DNA of 64,000 nucleotides from NCBI RefSeq assembly GCF_000143415.4, contig NW_003314292.1:937498-1001497 (forward strand). The letters run 5' to 3'. The DNA is from Selaginella moellendorffii. Lineage: Eukaryota; Plantae; Lycopodiophyta. Below are positions 49,020 to 62,899 of this stretch, piece after piece. The notes below the pieces were generated by a model. That model was not told the DNA's origin and ran no database searches. It saw only the letters and a list, made by a program, of their open reading frames with translations. The stretch's first letter is position 1; every line of letters starts with the position of its first letter. Made by a program: the position numbers and the translations under genes.

Positions 49020-49793
49020 AGCAGCTATACGAGTACTACTACAGCGGTGGAATCACGACCAGCAATCCGGGGCGCACGCCCTACGGCCGTCCCGTGAACA
49101 CGGTCGAGCTTGGAAGAACTCAAGTGCCAAAGGAGGTGTTTGAGGATTACCTCAGGGAGATCAGTCCCCGCTACACGGTCCACACTTACAGCATCCTGTC
49201 GCACAATTGCAACAACTTTAGCAACGAGGTGGCGCAGTTTTTGCTCAAAGTGGACATCCCGGACTACATTTTGCGGCTGCCTCAAGACGTGATCACCACT
49301 CCCATGGGATACTTGCTCCGTGAGTGCCAGTTTTGTTTTTTTTTTGCTTTTGTGGATCTTTTTCTTCACTGACTGTTTGATTTTCTTAGAGCCGATGATC
49401 CAGCAAATGGAGACCACCCTGTGATATGGAGGAGTCCCGCAAGTGCCTGAACTAGCAGAGGCGACGGGGACGCCACAATGTGTAGCGATGGCCAGACGTG
49501 CTAAGGAAGAGTGCCTCACCACCACCATACCCGAAGACGAAGATCTAGAGCTCCAGAGGATGCGCTCTTCGCGAGCAGTCAAGACGGCTAAGGTGGCTTC
49601 TCGCGGCGATGAGGGAGGAGCTGGGCGGAAGAAAGTCGCCGCCACCAAGATGGAGGACGCGAGAGCCAAAGTCCAGGAGTTTACTGCGCTCACCGCGGGA
49701 GGGCTGCGAGCCAGCGAGGCGGCGGCTCTTGCCGCGCGGAGAGTGATGGAAAGGCACGGCATTGGTGGCAGTGGCACGGCGACGCAGTCGTGA
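49020..49793 (+). pseudogene. DeSI/PPPDE peptidase (desumoylating isopeptidase-like), 5'-truncated
   Basis: EYYYSGGI..TPYGRP, YSILSHNCNNFSNEVAQFL and C-terminal RASEAAALAARRVM. The catalytic-His exon is absent and there is a TGA at about 49422. Confidence 0.8.
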
Positions 49794-50188
49794 TAGATAC
49801 TACGTACGTTCTTTTGGGTGTGAGCGATTCTTCTACACCCCCATTGATCACACAGTTCCTTGATCGATCAAAGCAACAACGATGATGATAAGTTTCATGC
49901 AATATTGGGTTTGCGGTCCATGCCATGATTGTGGATGCAGTTCGAAACATGTGATCTTTGGCGTATAGTCGACGTTGAATCTGATTTTTTCCATCGGACA
50001 AGGTTGCTGTCAAAGTTGCAATCATACAGGGTTATAACTCCAGCATTAACTCTGTAAGCAGGTGACAAGCTAGCGTAGTTCATACGTTCTTGCTCTGGAA
50101 CTTCAGCTATTTGAGAGGTCTAGCTGAAAGAATTGAGAGCTCTGGTTTGTGCTATCTTCTTACTCTTTTGGAAAATAGGTCCGAGGAA

Positions 50189-53100
50189 ATGTGGTCAGCA
50201 GATTCTCTCCTTCAACTTCTCACGGTTGGCTTCCTCGCAAAGATTTATGTTTCAGCGCAACCAGGTCAGTAGTATTGCATATATGGTCATTGTGAAGAAT
50301 GTTTTTGCAGGATTTTTGAGCCTGGACTGTGGAGGTTATGACAATTACACGGATGGAAATGGTATCGAATGGACACCGGATGACAAGTATATCACCACCG
50401 GAATTCCAACCTCCATTTCAATCTCTGCTAAAAATCAGACAGATTTACTTTGGCAGCGTCTTCGCTACTTTAATGACACCTCTCGGAAGCACTGCTATGC
50501 TCTGCCAGTCGTGGCAAACCAGAGCTACATCCTGAGGCCATGGTTCTACTACGGAAACTACGATGGGATAGAAACAACTTTATCGCAGTTTAACATTATA
50601 ATTGGTGCAAACGATGTGGTAAAGTTCGGCGTGGATTTAACCAACAAAGTACTGAAGTACTATTACGAGTTTGTGATTAAAGCCACAAGCTCGACCCTGG
50701 ATCTATGCCTTGGAACCCGCTCAAATTCACCGGCAAATATCCCGTTCATCTCTGCAATCGAGCTCAGAAGACTGGATCCCGGTTTGAAAATAAGTTCTTT
50801 CAATGCTAGTGAGCTTTTGATCACTTGGAGAAGGATCAATTTAGGAGCAGCTACAAATCATACCATCAGGTATGAAATTCTTCAAAAGGTAGTTTTTCTT
50901 GACTCGTATCAAACAGATACCCTTCTGATGATTATGATCGAATATGGGTACATGATACATATTTCCCAGGCTTCATGGGAGAATACCAACGGATCAATAC
51001 TACTTCTAATGTTTCTCTGGGAAAAACTCTTGACAAACCTCCCACGGCGGTGATGAGTTCCGCCATCACTTCCAATTCGACAATGGTTTTCCAGTTCCCA
51101 ACAAAGCTTAACACAACGCCGACTAAATTCTACGTCAACTTTTACTTTGCTGAGTTTTCTGCCCTGGTGAACAACACGAGGGAGTTCCGAGTCCTTCTTA
51201 ACACCAGCTCGCTTGAATCTCCCCACCTTTTGGCGACCGTCAACGTGGAGAAGTATACTCAGGCTCCTTTAACTTCATTCCAAATGTACCTCAACTCGCC
51301 AGTGGAGCTTACTGAGCCAACAAACTTCTTGTTTGTGCCCACGGTGAACTCTACGCTTGGTCCGATTCTCAATGCTGCCGAGCTGTGTGAGTACAAAGGA
51401 GGTCTCCTCCCAGGGACGGAACCCAACGATGGTAAAGCACATATGAAACTTTAAATAATTGTGATCTCGTTAACATTGTCATAAACAATGCAGTGGCAGC
51501 TATACGTGATGTGATGAAAGATTTTCACATCACTGAGTGGTCAGGAGACCCTTGCTTGCCTGACGCGTACACTTGGAAATGGATTACTTGCGATGTAGCT
51601 CAAATCCCAGCAAGAATTATAGAGCTGTAATAAGTGGACGCATTTCTAGCGTGATCACATTAACATCTGTGCATCACAGGAACTTGTCTAGCAGTGGACT
51701 CAAAGGAACCATATCACTGTCCATCACAAAGCTATCGCATCTAACAAAAATGTATGTATGGGTCTTTTGACGTAATTTTTCGTTCTTCTGATCTTTATGT
51801 CTTCAGATATCTGGATAACAACGCATTGACAGGGCGTGTTCCAGATTTTAGCTCCTTGAAAAATCTCACGGTTTTGTGAGTACCACCATTCAGTATGCTA
51901 GATGATAGAATTTTACTAATTCTTTTGCAGGTCATTAGAAAACAACAGTTTGGATTGCCTACCACCAGAACATGTACACTTCTCTTACAAGTCGGTTTTT
52001 CTCTATTGCCATTGAATTGTGTATCACTTATATTTTTTTTCAGCGCTACTTTTAGCTTGTGCGAGAAGAAACATACAACACTTATATTTGAAGTAGTGGT
52101 ACCATGTGCAGCCATATTGTTACTTGGAGCTGGACTTGTGGTTTGTTTCTTTTCCGGTAGAAAAACTTCAAAATCCATCACAGTACAGAACAGGAATCCA
52201 AGTAAGTTCCAAAAGGTAGCCTTGTGGGTAACTCATTTTCCTATGGCATATTGTTCCATCCAGGCTTGTCTCTAAAATCTCCAAACTCTAGCACTAAAAT
52301 GATTGCTTACAAGGATGTGATTGAGGCCACAAGCAACTTCAAGAGAGTCATTGGTGAAGGAAGTTTTGGACCCGTGTACTATGGCTGCCTTCCAAATGGT
52401 GTTGAAGTTGCAGTCAAGGTTTTATCCAGTAACTCAAAGCAAGGATATCAAGAATTTCAAACTGAGGTGAGTTTGATCATCAACAGGTACAAATCTATCT
52501 AATTTTCCTTGATAGATTGATATTTTATCAGTTGTACACCACAAGAACTTAGTGCCCTTTCTTGGTTACTGTACTCAAAAGTCCAAGCTCATACTGGTCT
52601 ACGAGTTCTTGTCAAATGGAACGTTGAGGGAGCACTTGTATGGTGGTAAGAAATTTTTGTGTTGAAACGTCCTCCTTTAATGTAATGTCAGAAGGTAAAA
52701 GATACCCAACTCTAAGCTGGAAAACTCGGCTTGGAATAGCTCTAGATGCTGCTCAAGGTATCTAAATCTCTGAATTGATATGATATAACTCTCTCTCATA
52801 GGATTGGAGTATTTGCACACATCTTGCAATTTACACATAATCCATCGAGACGTCAAAACAAGCAATATACTTTTAAGTTTTGATATGGTTGCAAAACTCA
52901 GTGACTTCGGTCTCTCCAAGTTTTATGACAGTAACAAAGCATCTCATGTCTCAACTGGCATCAAAGGAACTCCAGGATATCTTGATCCAGAGTGAGCAAA
53001 AGTTTTTTTTCTCCATAAGCATGATATCTTACTGAATTTAATGGTTTTTCAGGTACCATTCCTATAGCAGGCTCACAGAGAAATCAGATGTATACAGCTT

Positions 53101-53481
53101 TGGAGTGGTACTATTTGAGATTGTTTGCGGACGTGAGCCCCTCAATTTCACACTTCTTGAGGAACAAATTGTTCTTTCGGAATGGGTAAACTATTAAGAG
53201 AGCTTAGTTATAAAGATCTGTTCTTGATGAGCTTTGCTTCCTCCCAGGCATGCAAGGAACTTGAGAAAGGCAACCTACGAACAGTAATCGATCCCAGCTT
53301 ATCCGACTATGGAGAGAATGCAGCACTGAAAGTTTTGGAGGTGGCAAGAAAATGTGTGGAACGTTCTCCCCACAGGAGGCCTAACATGAGCACTGTCGTG
53401 ATCCAGCTGAGAGAGGCCATCCAACTTGAGGACGGAAGTTCCCTGCCGAAATCTATGGAAACATTCACTGGAGGAAGATAG
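50189..53481 (+). CDS. Malectin-like LRR receptor-like Ser/Thr kinase (LRR-I type), multi-exon
   Basis: Signal peptide, [14 protein letters not shown] malectin-like domain, WSGDPCLP, short LRR, TM segment, [30 protein letters not shown] and GTPGYLDPE. Confidence 0.92.
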
Positions 53482-53854
53482 ATATGCAAATATACTAGAA
53501 TTCTATAAGATTGTGGATATATATACTTTACTATGGCATTTTTAACTACATACAATAATAATAATAAAACTTTTACTTTAATGTTTTAAAGTGGGGATAC
53601 TGGAGTCAATTCGTTCTTATCAAATGCGGGCTGCTCTTCTCAGGAAGAAAATACTACACCGGTAAGTGCTAGTGCTTTGTATCCTTAGTAGAAAGAGGCC
53701 GCTGGACACTATCTTTCTTGAGCGCAATGAATTTCTCTCCAGTGTTTGTCACTCTGCCCACAAGATCCACGATCACCAAATTTCCGAAGTGTCAACCCGT
53801 CTATGAAGCGAATCGAATCCTTGGCACCGCTGATCCCATCCTGGTGGCTCTGCG

Positions 53855-54866
53855 ATGGCTGTTCCTGCTGCTAGATGCTGGAGGACAAGTCAGCCTCGCC
53901 GATCTCAAGAGCGCCAAGCTCAGCAAGAAAGAGAAGAAGGGGAAGGGAGGCATGATTCGCGAGGACCTCTACTATCCTGGCGTCCTGTAGGCGCATCGTA
54001 TGGCCAGCACGGGCTGCATTACGAGAAACAATGCCAGTGGTATGTGTCCATGCTAGACATGCAAGGATTCGTCAATGGGGAGCTCAGAGCTGGTTCTACA
54101 TATGAGCTAGCTAGCGGGAGGTTACAAGTGACTCCTAAGTTGCCATCAGTGCCAGAAGCCTCAGATCCAGATTTTCTTCTCATGACTTGACGCTGGCAGA
54201 TGTTCTTCCCTCGAAACCGAGCCGCGGTTTTGCTACGGTGGTAGAGCACATCTAGTGGCTGTTCAAGCTGCCTCATCCGGCTATCACGTTGGAAGGCGCA
54301 GAACTCGTGCTGTTTGAGTTGAAGACTATTGCCTATTGGTCGCAAGTCGCTGGTGCTGCTGTGGAACACGGTGTTCAAGGTGTGGTTGCGCCTCTAGCCA
54401 GTGTAGAGAAGCGTGTCATCTCGCAACGGATGGCCATGTCAACCTGCGGAGGCTGTGCAGCTCAGGAGAGGTGGACGTGGGAAGTTGTGAAGGTCTCTTC
54501 AGCTATCTGGAAATGGAGAGTTACGGGAAGCTATTCGGTGAGGCTCATGTCCGGGAAGCAGTCTCCATGGAGGAGATGTGGAACCAAGCATATGCCAGAC
54601 TCCGGCACCTTCACGAGAAGGTGTGCTCCATCGGGATCTCAAGCTAGACAACATGGTGGGTGCTGAAGATCATTGACTATGACATTTCGTGTTTCAAAGG
54701 CGAGGCTACCACTTTCACGGAGGACACTGACTACCAAGGGTATGAGTCGCCATTGCTACTGCGGCATTACAAGGAGGAGGATGACGTGCTGAGCTTGGCA
54801 CTGGCGTTTTACTCTGAGAGAACGGGGTTGCGAGGACAGACGAGAGCGACGTCGTATTTTGAGTGA
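53855..54866 (+). pseudogene. Degenerate protein-kinase-like sequence
   Basis: GVLHRDLKLDNM followed (after a frameshift) by LKIIDYDIS. Multiple stops occur upstream. Confidence 0.5.
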
Positions 54867-55100
54867 CGAGCTCTGCCCGGATTTGTTTCCTCAGGATATG
54901 AGGTAGAAGTGGACAAAATAATTGAGAAGCTATGGTTTTGATCCTAGAGACGCTAATGTTTTTCTTCCTTCTATAGTGGTAGTTGCTACACCATGCGAAG
55001 CAAAGCTGAGCATCAAACCAACCCACATACTGCTAGGAGAAAGCGTTGTAGATGGATGGAATGGAATTGTGAACAGAACACCTTATTGTTGCGTGCAGTT

Positions 55101-57099
55101 TTAGTAAAGATGGATGGACTCGTTGGTGACGAGCTTTACGTACCCGTGTTTCCTGCAAAAGTAAGAGAAGGATTCCAGTGATGAAAAAAAACAATGCCAA
55201 GAGTGTGAGCACCTGTCGTGTGGATGGATCGAGTTCCCGGTGGCAAGCCATACGTTGTAGCTTTCGTCCCTGGGAAAGTCACGAGGGAAGGACTTGTTGG
55301 TGTAGAGAGCATTCGTGCTGGACACCACCAGCGGCCTCATCATCTCGTTATTCTCGTGCTCGAGAATGTGACAGTGCCACACAAAGTGTGGAAACGTCGT
55401 TGGATCCAGCGGGAACCTGTACGAGATGCTGGGCTTGAACGCCAGGAAGAACCGGGTGACGGTGGTGGGCTGGATGACGGCCGTGTCCTTCTACCCGACT
55501 TGATCCACGTCGGGTCCCTGTGCCTCGCCCGTGTAGCAGCTCCTCGAGTCCGGGTAGTCGTATTCGAACGAGCACGACCCGGCAGCGAATCGCCCGGTGT
55601 CGAATCCCTGCTGCTCGAGCACGAGAAAGTTGATGAGATGGATGTGGATCGGGTGGGATGCTGTCATGGTGTTGATCATGCACCACACCTCGTTCGTGTA
55701 GAGCAGGACTTGCTCGGTGGCCGGACGCGTGAAAGAGAGCCTGTCCTGGAGAAAGAGTCCCGTGAGCGTGTTTCCAGAGTCGAGGCTTACACGGTGAACG
55801 AAAGGCGGTTGTAAGTTGACGCCCAGTCGACGTACGAGAGATCTACTCCGGCCGTGGCTTTGATGATCGATAGCGTCGCCAACTCGGCCAGCTCGCTTGG
55901 AGTGAGTGCTTGCGGGATCTCATTGGCGTCTTCGTCGATGGTAGCGTTGGTCTGCCAGTTGATTACTTTGAACAGGAGAACTTCTTACTCGGTCGGGAAT
56001 GGAGCCGGCGCGTTGTTGTACAAGAGAACTCTCTCCCCGGGCTTCACTCCGCGAAAGTCGATAAGAATGTCAACTCGTTCGGAAGGAGAGAGGCTGAGCT
56101 TCTTCTGCCGTATCAGAGTTGCCAGGTATCCCCCGTCCGTGCCAATCTTGATGAAGCTCAAGCTCGTGTCATTCAAGTTGAGGATGAAGAATCTCGAGTT
56201 TGCCGCAAGCATCACCCGGAACCTCACGACCACCGGCCAGACTTCGATCTAAGGCCACACCTTCCCCTTCACCGGAATGGTATCACCAAAGTAGTCCGGA
56301 CACCACTGCGGATGAACTGCCGGATTGCTCCCAACACTGGGATAATTTATGGAGCTGTTGCTGAAGAACTGCTTGTCTTGGATCACCAGAAGCACGTAGT
56401 TTCTCGGGACCCAGGATGGATCTTCCCACGGCGACTCTATCACGTAAAGTCCGACCAAGCCAGCAGCCATGTTGAGCCAGGTCATGCCGTAAGTGTGGTC
56501 GTGATACCACAGGAGCGAGTGGCGCTGAAAGTTCGGATAGACGTAGTTTTGCGTCACGTAACCTGGGCCCCGCTCGCCAACTGATGTAAACCAGGCTTCT
56601 GGATGCCCATCGGACCAGCTCAAGCCCTCTTGTCCATGGAGATGAGGGACCACGGGAATGTAGCCGTAGTGCGGACCCGCCCCTAGGATCGTATAGTCGA
56701 CTGGAAGAAAGTGTTCACGATCTGGATTGTGATTTTCCCATCGGACAAAGGATGTTTCTCTCTTTTGGGCTATCAAAGTTGGACCCGGAAAAGAAGCTGT
56801 ATACTCGCTCGTGCCGAATGCATACAGTGTTGTTGGTGGCAAGTCTCTGTGCAGTTTCTGTGTCAACAAAAAAAAACGAGTCTTGGAAAATCAAGTGGAG
56901 AAAGAACGCATACCTGGGTGATTTTGTAAGCTCCAATGGTAACTCTGTAGCGTGGGCTCAAGTATATCTTCGGTGGCGTTGGAAGAACGTCGACGAACTT
57001 TTCCAGCTCCGGGGACGGTGACAGTTGCAGACAGACCTCATCCGCTTCTACTGCGACTAAAATCTCAAGGATGAACAGCGTTACGAACTTCCAAGACAT
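55101..57099 (-). pseudogene. Multicopper oxidase of the LPR1/CotA (bilirubin oxidase) type with premature stops
   Basis: LEKFVD.LP, PHLHG, WYHDH, HPIHIHL and WHCHILEHENNEMMRP. In-frame stops lie at 56249 and 55985. The 3' end is approximate. Confidence 0.85.
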
Positions 57100-57263
57100 T
57101 GGGAACTCCTCCAACCTGCTTGCAACACTTGCCGAACTTAAATAAAGTCAGTCAAAGAAGTGAACCTGGCGTAGTCCATATGTACTTGCAAAGTCTTGTC
57201 CAAAGAGCGTGACACAGCTCACTGGGAGTTCAAATAATTCAGCACTTGAGAGGCCGAAAAATA

Positions 57264-57914
57264 ATGGCTAGCAAAGGAAAGTTGTGCTTCATTGTCTCGT
57301 CGATCTTCATCCTGCGTTTTGCTCAAGCAGAACAATACTACAGGAATTTCACCAGCAAAATAAATGATTCCTTCTTGTTTCTGCTTGATCCACACGGCTT
57401 GAGTGGCCGCTACGCTGGTTTATGGTCCAACTATAGCGACACAGAGATCAGCCAGAATATTAGTTACAAGGTGTGGATGCTGAGTTATAAAGCTGACACA
57501 CCAAGATCGTCTTTCCTGGCCCTCGTTGCCATCTGCAATCCAACTAGCTGGGAGCTCACGAAACCGGTCATCCTGTGGAAGGCCCGACAGACGAGGCTTG
57601 TAGGTGAGAATGCCACTCTACAATTTACCACAGATGGAGAGCTTAAAGTCGAAGAAGACGGTGATGTTGTATGGTCCACGAAAACTGCAAACAGAGGCGT
57701 CCGGTGGCTCTGCCTTTCCAATCACGCAACCATAATGCTCCTGGATGAAAGCTTGAGCAATGTCATCTGGCAAAGCAGCAACGAACCTTCTGATACTGTG
57801 CTGTTGCAACGAGCACTTACGCCGGGACAAAAGCTCTTAAGTTTCAATACTTCAGAAGACAGCAGTGATGGCCTCTATAGTCTCGTCATGGAGGAAAGTA
57901 GGCTGTGCTCTTAA
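57264..57914 (+). CDS. Secreted bulb-type (B) lectin domain protein, probably a truncated SD-RLK/EP1-like gene
   Basis: Signal peptide, ILWKA...VGENATLQFTTDGEL, VVWSTKT and IWQSSNEPSDTVL..Q.L. Confidence 0.7.
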   Translation: MASKGKLCFIVSSIFILRFAQAEQYYRNFTSKINDSFLFLLDPHGLSGRYAGLWSNYSDTEISQNISYKVWMLSYKADTPRSSFLALVAICNPTSWELTKPVILWKARQTRLVGENATLQFTTDGELKVEEDGDVVWSTKTANRGVRWLCLSNHATIMLLDESLSNVIWQSSNEPSDTVLLQRALTPGQKLLSFNTSEDSSDGLYSLVMEESRLCS

Positions 57915-60559
57915 AGCGTTCACTTGCGCCTGAAAGACCAGAGCTCTTCAACCAGCACTTCTCTCTTAGAAAAAAACAAACAGAGGAACACATGACACCA
58001 CGTACCTGCGTCGCTTGAGACGGTTGTTCTTTCAGCGAGTGGCCAATAAATACAAGATCTTGTGTTCTTCTCTTCTTGACAGATGTTGGAGACAATGGTG
58101 AGCAGCTCAACAATCCAGTTGACGCAGAGGCAGCGCTGCCACTGCTCGCTGGTGGGGAGAGAAGATCACAAGGCAGTATTCTCTGCTCATCACTGCCATC
58201 GAAGTTCCTACAATGCACACATCTGTTTGTAACACTGAAAAAATTGACGCAAGGGATGACTAAAGTACCAGCTGCCAAAGACGAGAACACAAAAGTAGAA
58301 GAAGTAAGTTTTCCAGTCTAGAAAATTCCAGCTAATCACCAATGCGTTCTTCCAGAAAGCGAAAAAAGTAGCATTAGGGGTTCATTTCACAGCCTTTGAA
58401 ACAAAAAACACCACCACGTGGCACCCTTTTGGCTCCACTTTTGGGACTCTAGAATTTATGTCTCATAGTTAGCTATTGGCAAGTCCTTTCCTTTTGCTCC
58501 TTGAGCTGTACACTCAGAAGTAATTCCATTCTTTGCTTCCTTTGTTCTTAGGCTCTATACTTGGGAGTTTGGCTCCATCCTTTTGTTTAGCATCCCAAGG
58601 CTCTGAAACTTGGGTTTCACTTTGCTGTCCATGGACATATGGCATGTGGCATATAGAGGGTTAAAGTTCCACTCTATGGTCATTCTATGGTAAACCACCA
58701 TAAAGTAAAGGGTGAAAACCATGTATATTACAATATTAGATTTGTAAAGAAGCTTAAAATGGCCATGAATATACAAAAAAAATATGAAAATGAAGATCTT
58801 AAATGATCAATTTGATGATGAAGTTATTGTAAGAAAAAGAAAAATAATTTTTTGGATGTAAGGATTCTTAAGATATAGCATAAGAGGGAATTTATATATC
58901 TAGCAAGAAATAACAAATAAATGAAGTTAAGTGAGTTAGTAAAAATCTATATAGAGAATGTTGTAAGAATGAAAGAAGCAACATTCAAGCCAAGAAAAGA
59001 CATATGAAAAGCTAGAAACTTATATGAAGGAAAAATTAACGTTCAAGATAAAATATTCCAATTCTTGTCAAGCTTGTTACTAAGATTGTCCTAATTGAAT
59101 TTGAAACTATGAGATAAATTTAAATAACTATGATAGAGTTTATTAAGTTTTTGTCTAATGATTCCTAATGCTATGAAAATTTGCTACTTCTATTCATTAA
59201 TAAGATATATTAAAAAAATTCTTGAGTAATATATATGTCATCAGTAACACTTTAGATATTCTTTTCCATAAAATATAGCTATGTTATAATTTACCACTCA
59301 TAAAAACCAATGCTATTTTATGGCTCAAGAATAAATTTTACAAGAGAATAAGCCATGATTGAACCTATGCCTCTAATACCATAAAAATTAAAGGAAAAAA
59401 AGAGCTAAATTTCATGAAAATAATAGAAAAGTTTAATATATATTAATTTATTTGAAAAACCACTAACTGGAGGTGGTGAACTCTATTATGCTATAACTAT
59501 CATTGCTATGTGAAAACTCAATAGAAAGAACATTTGAGTTAATAAAGATGTTAAACAAATTGGTATTAGAGCTATATTTGTTGAGTAAAAGAAAGTAATT
59601 CATTTAAATAACATCCCTTTTGTGTTTATAGTTTTCAACATATTATCAGAGGTAGGTCTATATAGCTTCTTTTATTGAATATAATATTACAATACTAATA
59701 TTATAATATAATATAATTTTTGTCAAATTGAAATTATTGAACCTTTTTGTTGAAATTTTTGTATTAGAATTTATTTTCTCAAAATTTGCTGCATTTTTGG
59801 GTTACTTCTATATTTTATAGTTTAGATTTTTTTTCTTATATTTTGAATTTTTTATTTAATTAAGCTATGATTAGATTAATATTTTCAAGTTATTTTAATT
59901 TATTATTAATATTCTATGAATAAAGCATGCAAAACTTCTAAATATATGATATTTATGAAAGGAGACTGAGAACAAGAAAAACTTGAAAATTTCTGAGGTT
60001 TTTCGTTGTCCATAACAACATAATGTTAGCCATCCCTCAGCATACCACCATCAGAAAAGCTTTTGTCTATGTATCGCTGAGAGTAGTGACAAGTATTTTG
60101 CTGGCATCCTATTCGGACTCCAAAATCAAAAGTGCATAGAGGATCCGACTGCAACATGGTTGATGAAGCACTTGGGTCAGGAAAACTTATAAAAGGAGCA
60201 AACAGATTAGAGCTTTAGAAATGTGAAGTCATCATAGGTATTATGACATCCCTTGCAGATAAGCAAGACTGACATCCCGTGTACTTCACCCAGTATCAAC
60301 AATATTTTTCAGAGTTTGGCTATGATTTTCCAGTTGTCTTTCCGTAAAGTAAGAACTACAATCTCAAATGATGAAAACAAGTGTCAAAAAAGTGAAAGAA
60401 ACAGCACTCGAGAGAAGTGGTATAATACTTATTAATGAGATTAGCCACTATAAATTATTATCACTATGCTGAAGCAATAAGATATTTTAATGACTTTAAT
60501 TTATTAATCTCAATCCATAAAAAATCCATACATATAGAACTACTCTTCTTTCTTCTTCA

Positions 60560-61742
60560 TTATAGCTTCTTTTTGTGCTTGATTATTAATGAGCTTCAAT
60601 AAAAATGGCAACTTCTCCTTATAGTGCCTGTCAAAATGCTTTAAATGACTTACTATAAATTCAATTGTAGCTTTTGTATGATGGGGCATATCAATTCATC
60701 ACTGGCAAAAGATGTCAACTCCAGTATTAGTACACAACCATGCTAAAGGAAATAGACACAATGTATTAGCAAAGAACAAATTGGTAAAGTCTTACATGAT
60801 ATAGTCTATTTGCTACCAAACCACCTTGAAATATAGTTTTAATGGGGTTTTGAACTAAACGAGATTTTCCAGTATGAAGATTAGATTAAAGCTTTGCAAG
60901 CCAGCAAATGAGTGACATCTCACCACGAACAGATATAGGTGTACACAACATAACTTCAGAGTTTGAGTTTGAAATGTTTTAAAGTTATGAAAATATCACA
61001 TGTTCAACCATTTACTAATGAGTCTTCTTTAATGTTCAGTCTACATTACTTGAATGAACATTTATAAAGTAAATTTTCGATGCATCCAATGAGCAACCAA
61101 ATGATACCAAGTTAGCAGGGAAACAAGGCACAGATAATCTCAAGTCTATGGTGAATGAGCAAATCTCTTGGAGTGAAAGTAATTTCGAGCATATAAATGT
61201 ATTGTAGGTCCAATAAGTACCAATAAAACCTTTGTATTCTTGATGCCGTAGACCATTGATGATACAATTTTTAGGCTGAAGCAGTAGACATCTTAAAGAA
61301 TTTGGAAGGTTGACATTCAAAATTGCCTCTACTTCATTTATGACGTTATTTGGTAAACCCTTAGTTGACATGTACTCAAAACCTTTAAATCTAAGGAAGC
61401 TTTGTATTTTAAGGCATAGCTTTCTGATTATAGAGGTAATATTATAATTGTAGCATTTGAACACCATGAACCAACTCTTGTAAGTTTCTTGTAGCAAAAT
61501 TTGACATTTGTTTTAAACAAACCAGTGAAAATATAAACCTTGTATGTTCTGCAATGTCTACCTTTGTAATCTATACACTTGAAGACAGAAAAATCCCACT
61601 CACAATGCAATTGCCAATTTCTATCACTTTGAAATTCCATGTAAAATTCATTAGACATACATGAAAAAACTGTGCTATAATAGCCATTTCTCCCTACAAT
61701 TTTGAAAACTACATCTCTAGGTAGATTGGGGGGATTATTCAC
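60560..61742 (-). pseudogene. F-box / SMI1-KNR4 protein (SKIP16-like), degenerate
   Basis: F-box-like start, WQLHCEWDF..CRTYK|ETYKSW, INEVEAILNVNLPNSLR and GFIGTY..Y..LLSLQEI. Stops occur downstream. Confidence 0.6.
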
Positions 61743-62438
61743 CCTTCATCCTTTCCACTTCTGCAAAGGCATTTAGTTGTAGTATGTATGCATGTTGTAT
61801 ACTATAATTTGTAGAAAAAGTATTTGAAATCCACTAGTAGTTTCCAAACGAATTGACAAGAAAAACTATGGAAGACTGTTTCCACTACAACAATCAAAAC
61901 ATTATCTGTGTGTTCGATGAAACATCTGAATTCATGTTCAAACTGTGCTCTAATACAAACAATGACAACATATTTGAGACCGATACAAGCTGGCAGATAT
62001 TCTTAAAGAATCATGGAAGTGAAATCAGAGACGTATGCACTTTAAACATAGATAAAGATGGAGATCTCATTGCTTCAGTGGAAAAAATTGATAAATATAG
62101 CCTAAATTTATTCCTTGGGCTCGTTTGGCATTGTGCTCGAGAAGATGTTGCATATGCTCCTTGCTCATGCCAAGGCCTCTCTTTCCAGTTTGCTTGCTTG
62201 ATCCCTGCAACTCAGAGAACCTGTGCTTGAGTTTGAAAGTTCCAGCCACACCATTCACGCCATGAAGAAAAAGCACCAAAACACAAAGACTCAGAAGAAC
62301 AATCAGGCTTCATCTAAAACAAACAAGAATTTCTAACATACTGGTTTTATTGATCTACAAATGATGGAGAGGCTCTAAACTAAAAATGGAACCCTTTTTT
62401 CTCGTCGTCCTTGTCCTTGTGCTTTGAATCTTCATGAT

Positions 62439-62735
62439 TCATAGACTTCTTTCTGCAGATGTTGATATTGATGTTGATGTTTTGTTGTTATTGTTGTTGC
62501 TCCTCCTGTGCTTGTCAGACCCATGGACTGGAGGACCTCCATCTTCATGATCATGATCATCCATCTCAGGAGGATGCATTAGAGAACTGGATGCTGGTTC
62601 CACTGATGAGTCTTGATCAGCAATACCATTGTCCAAAGACAAGAGCTCCCTTCTACCCAAAGAAGAAGAAGAAGACACAGCTATCTGGAAAGTGGCAAAG
62701 GCAAAAACTAGAAACAACACCAAAACAGTCTTCAT
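62439..62735 (-). CDS. Small secreted peptide precursor (98 aa), RGF/GOLVEN-like motif
   Basis: Hydrophobic signal peptide, GRRELL, motif DHDHEDGGPPVHG and a TATATAA box upstream (about 62802-62809). Confidence 0.65.
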   Translation of the reverse strand: MKTVLVLFLVFAFATFQIAVSSSSSLGRRELLSLDNGIADQDSSVEPASSSLMHPPEMDDHDHEDGGPPVHGSDKHRRSNNNNNKTSTSISTSAERSL

Positions 62736-62899
62736 TGTCGTAGTAGGTGATTAATGGAGCTCAATCAACTCTTGCTGAATAATCTCTAGACCTTGCAAGC
62801 CTTATATATTATGTTACATTCCAGCATGCATTGCCAAGTGGTTGAATGCTTAATGCATTCACCCATTGCCATCGAAATCTAATAGTATAAACATGTAAT

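Noticed and set aside
58411-60000. Short LTR-A end remnant (about 58411-58467), AT-rich tract and PBS-like TGGTATTAGAGC at about 59560
   Set aside because: It is probably an old retroelement relic, but no boundaries or protein motifs could be supported.
61853-62230. 125-aa ORF
   Set aside because: No recognisable motif or splice support.
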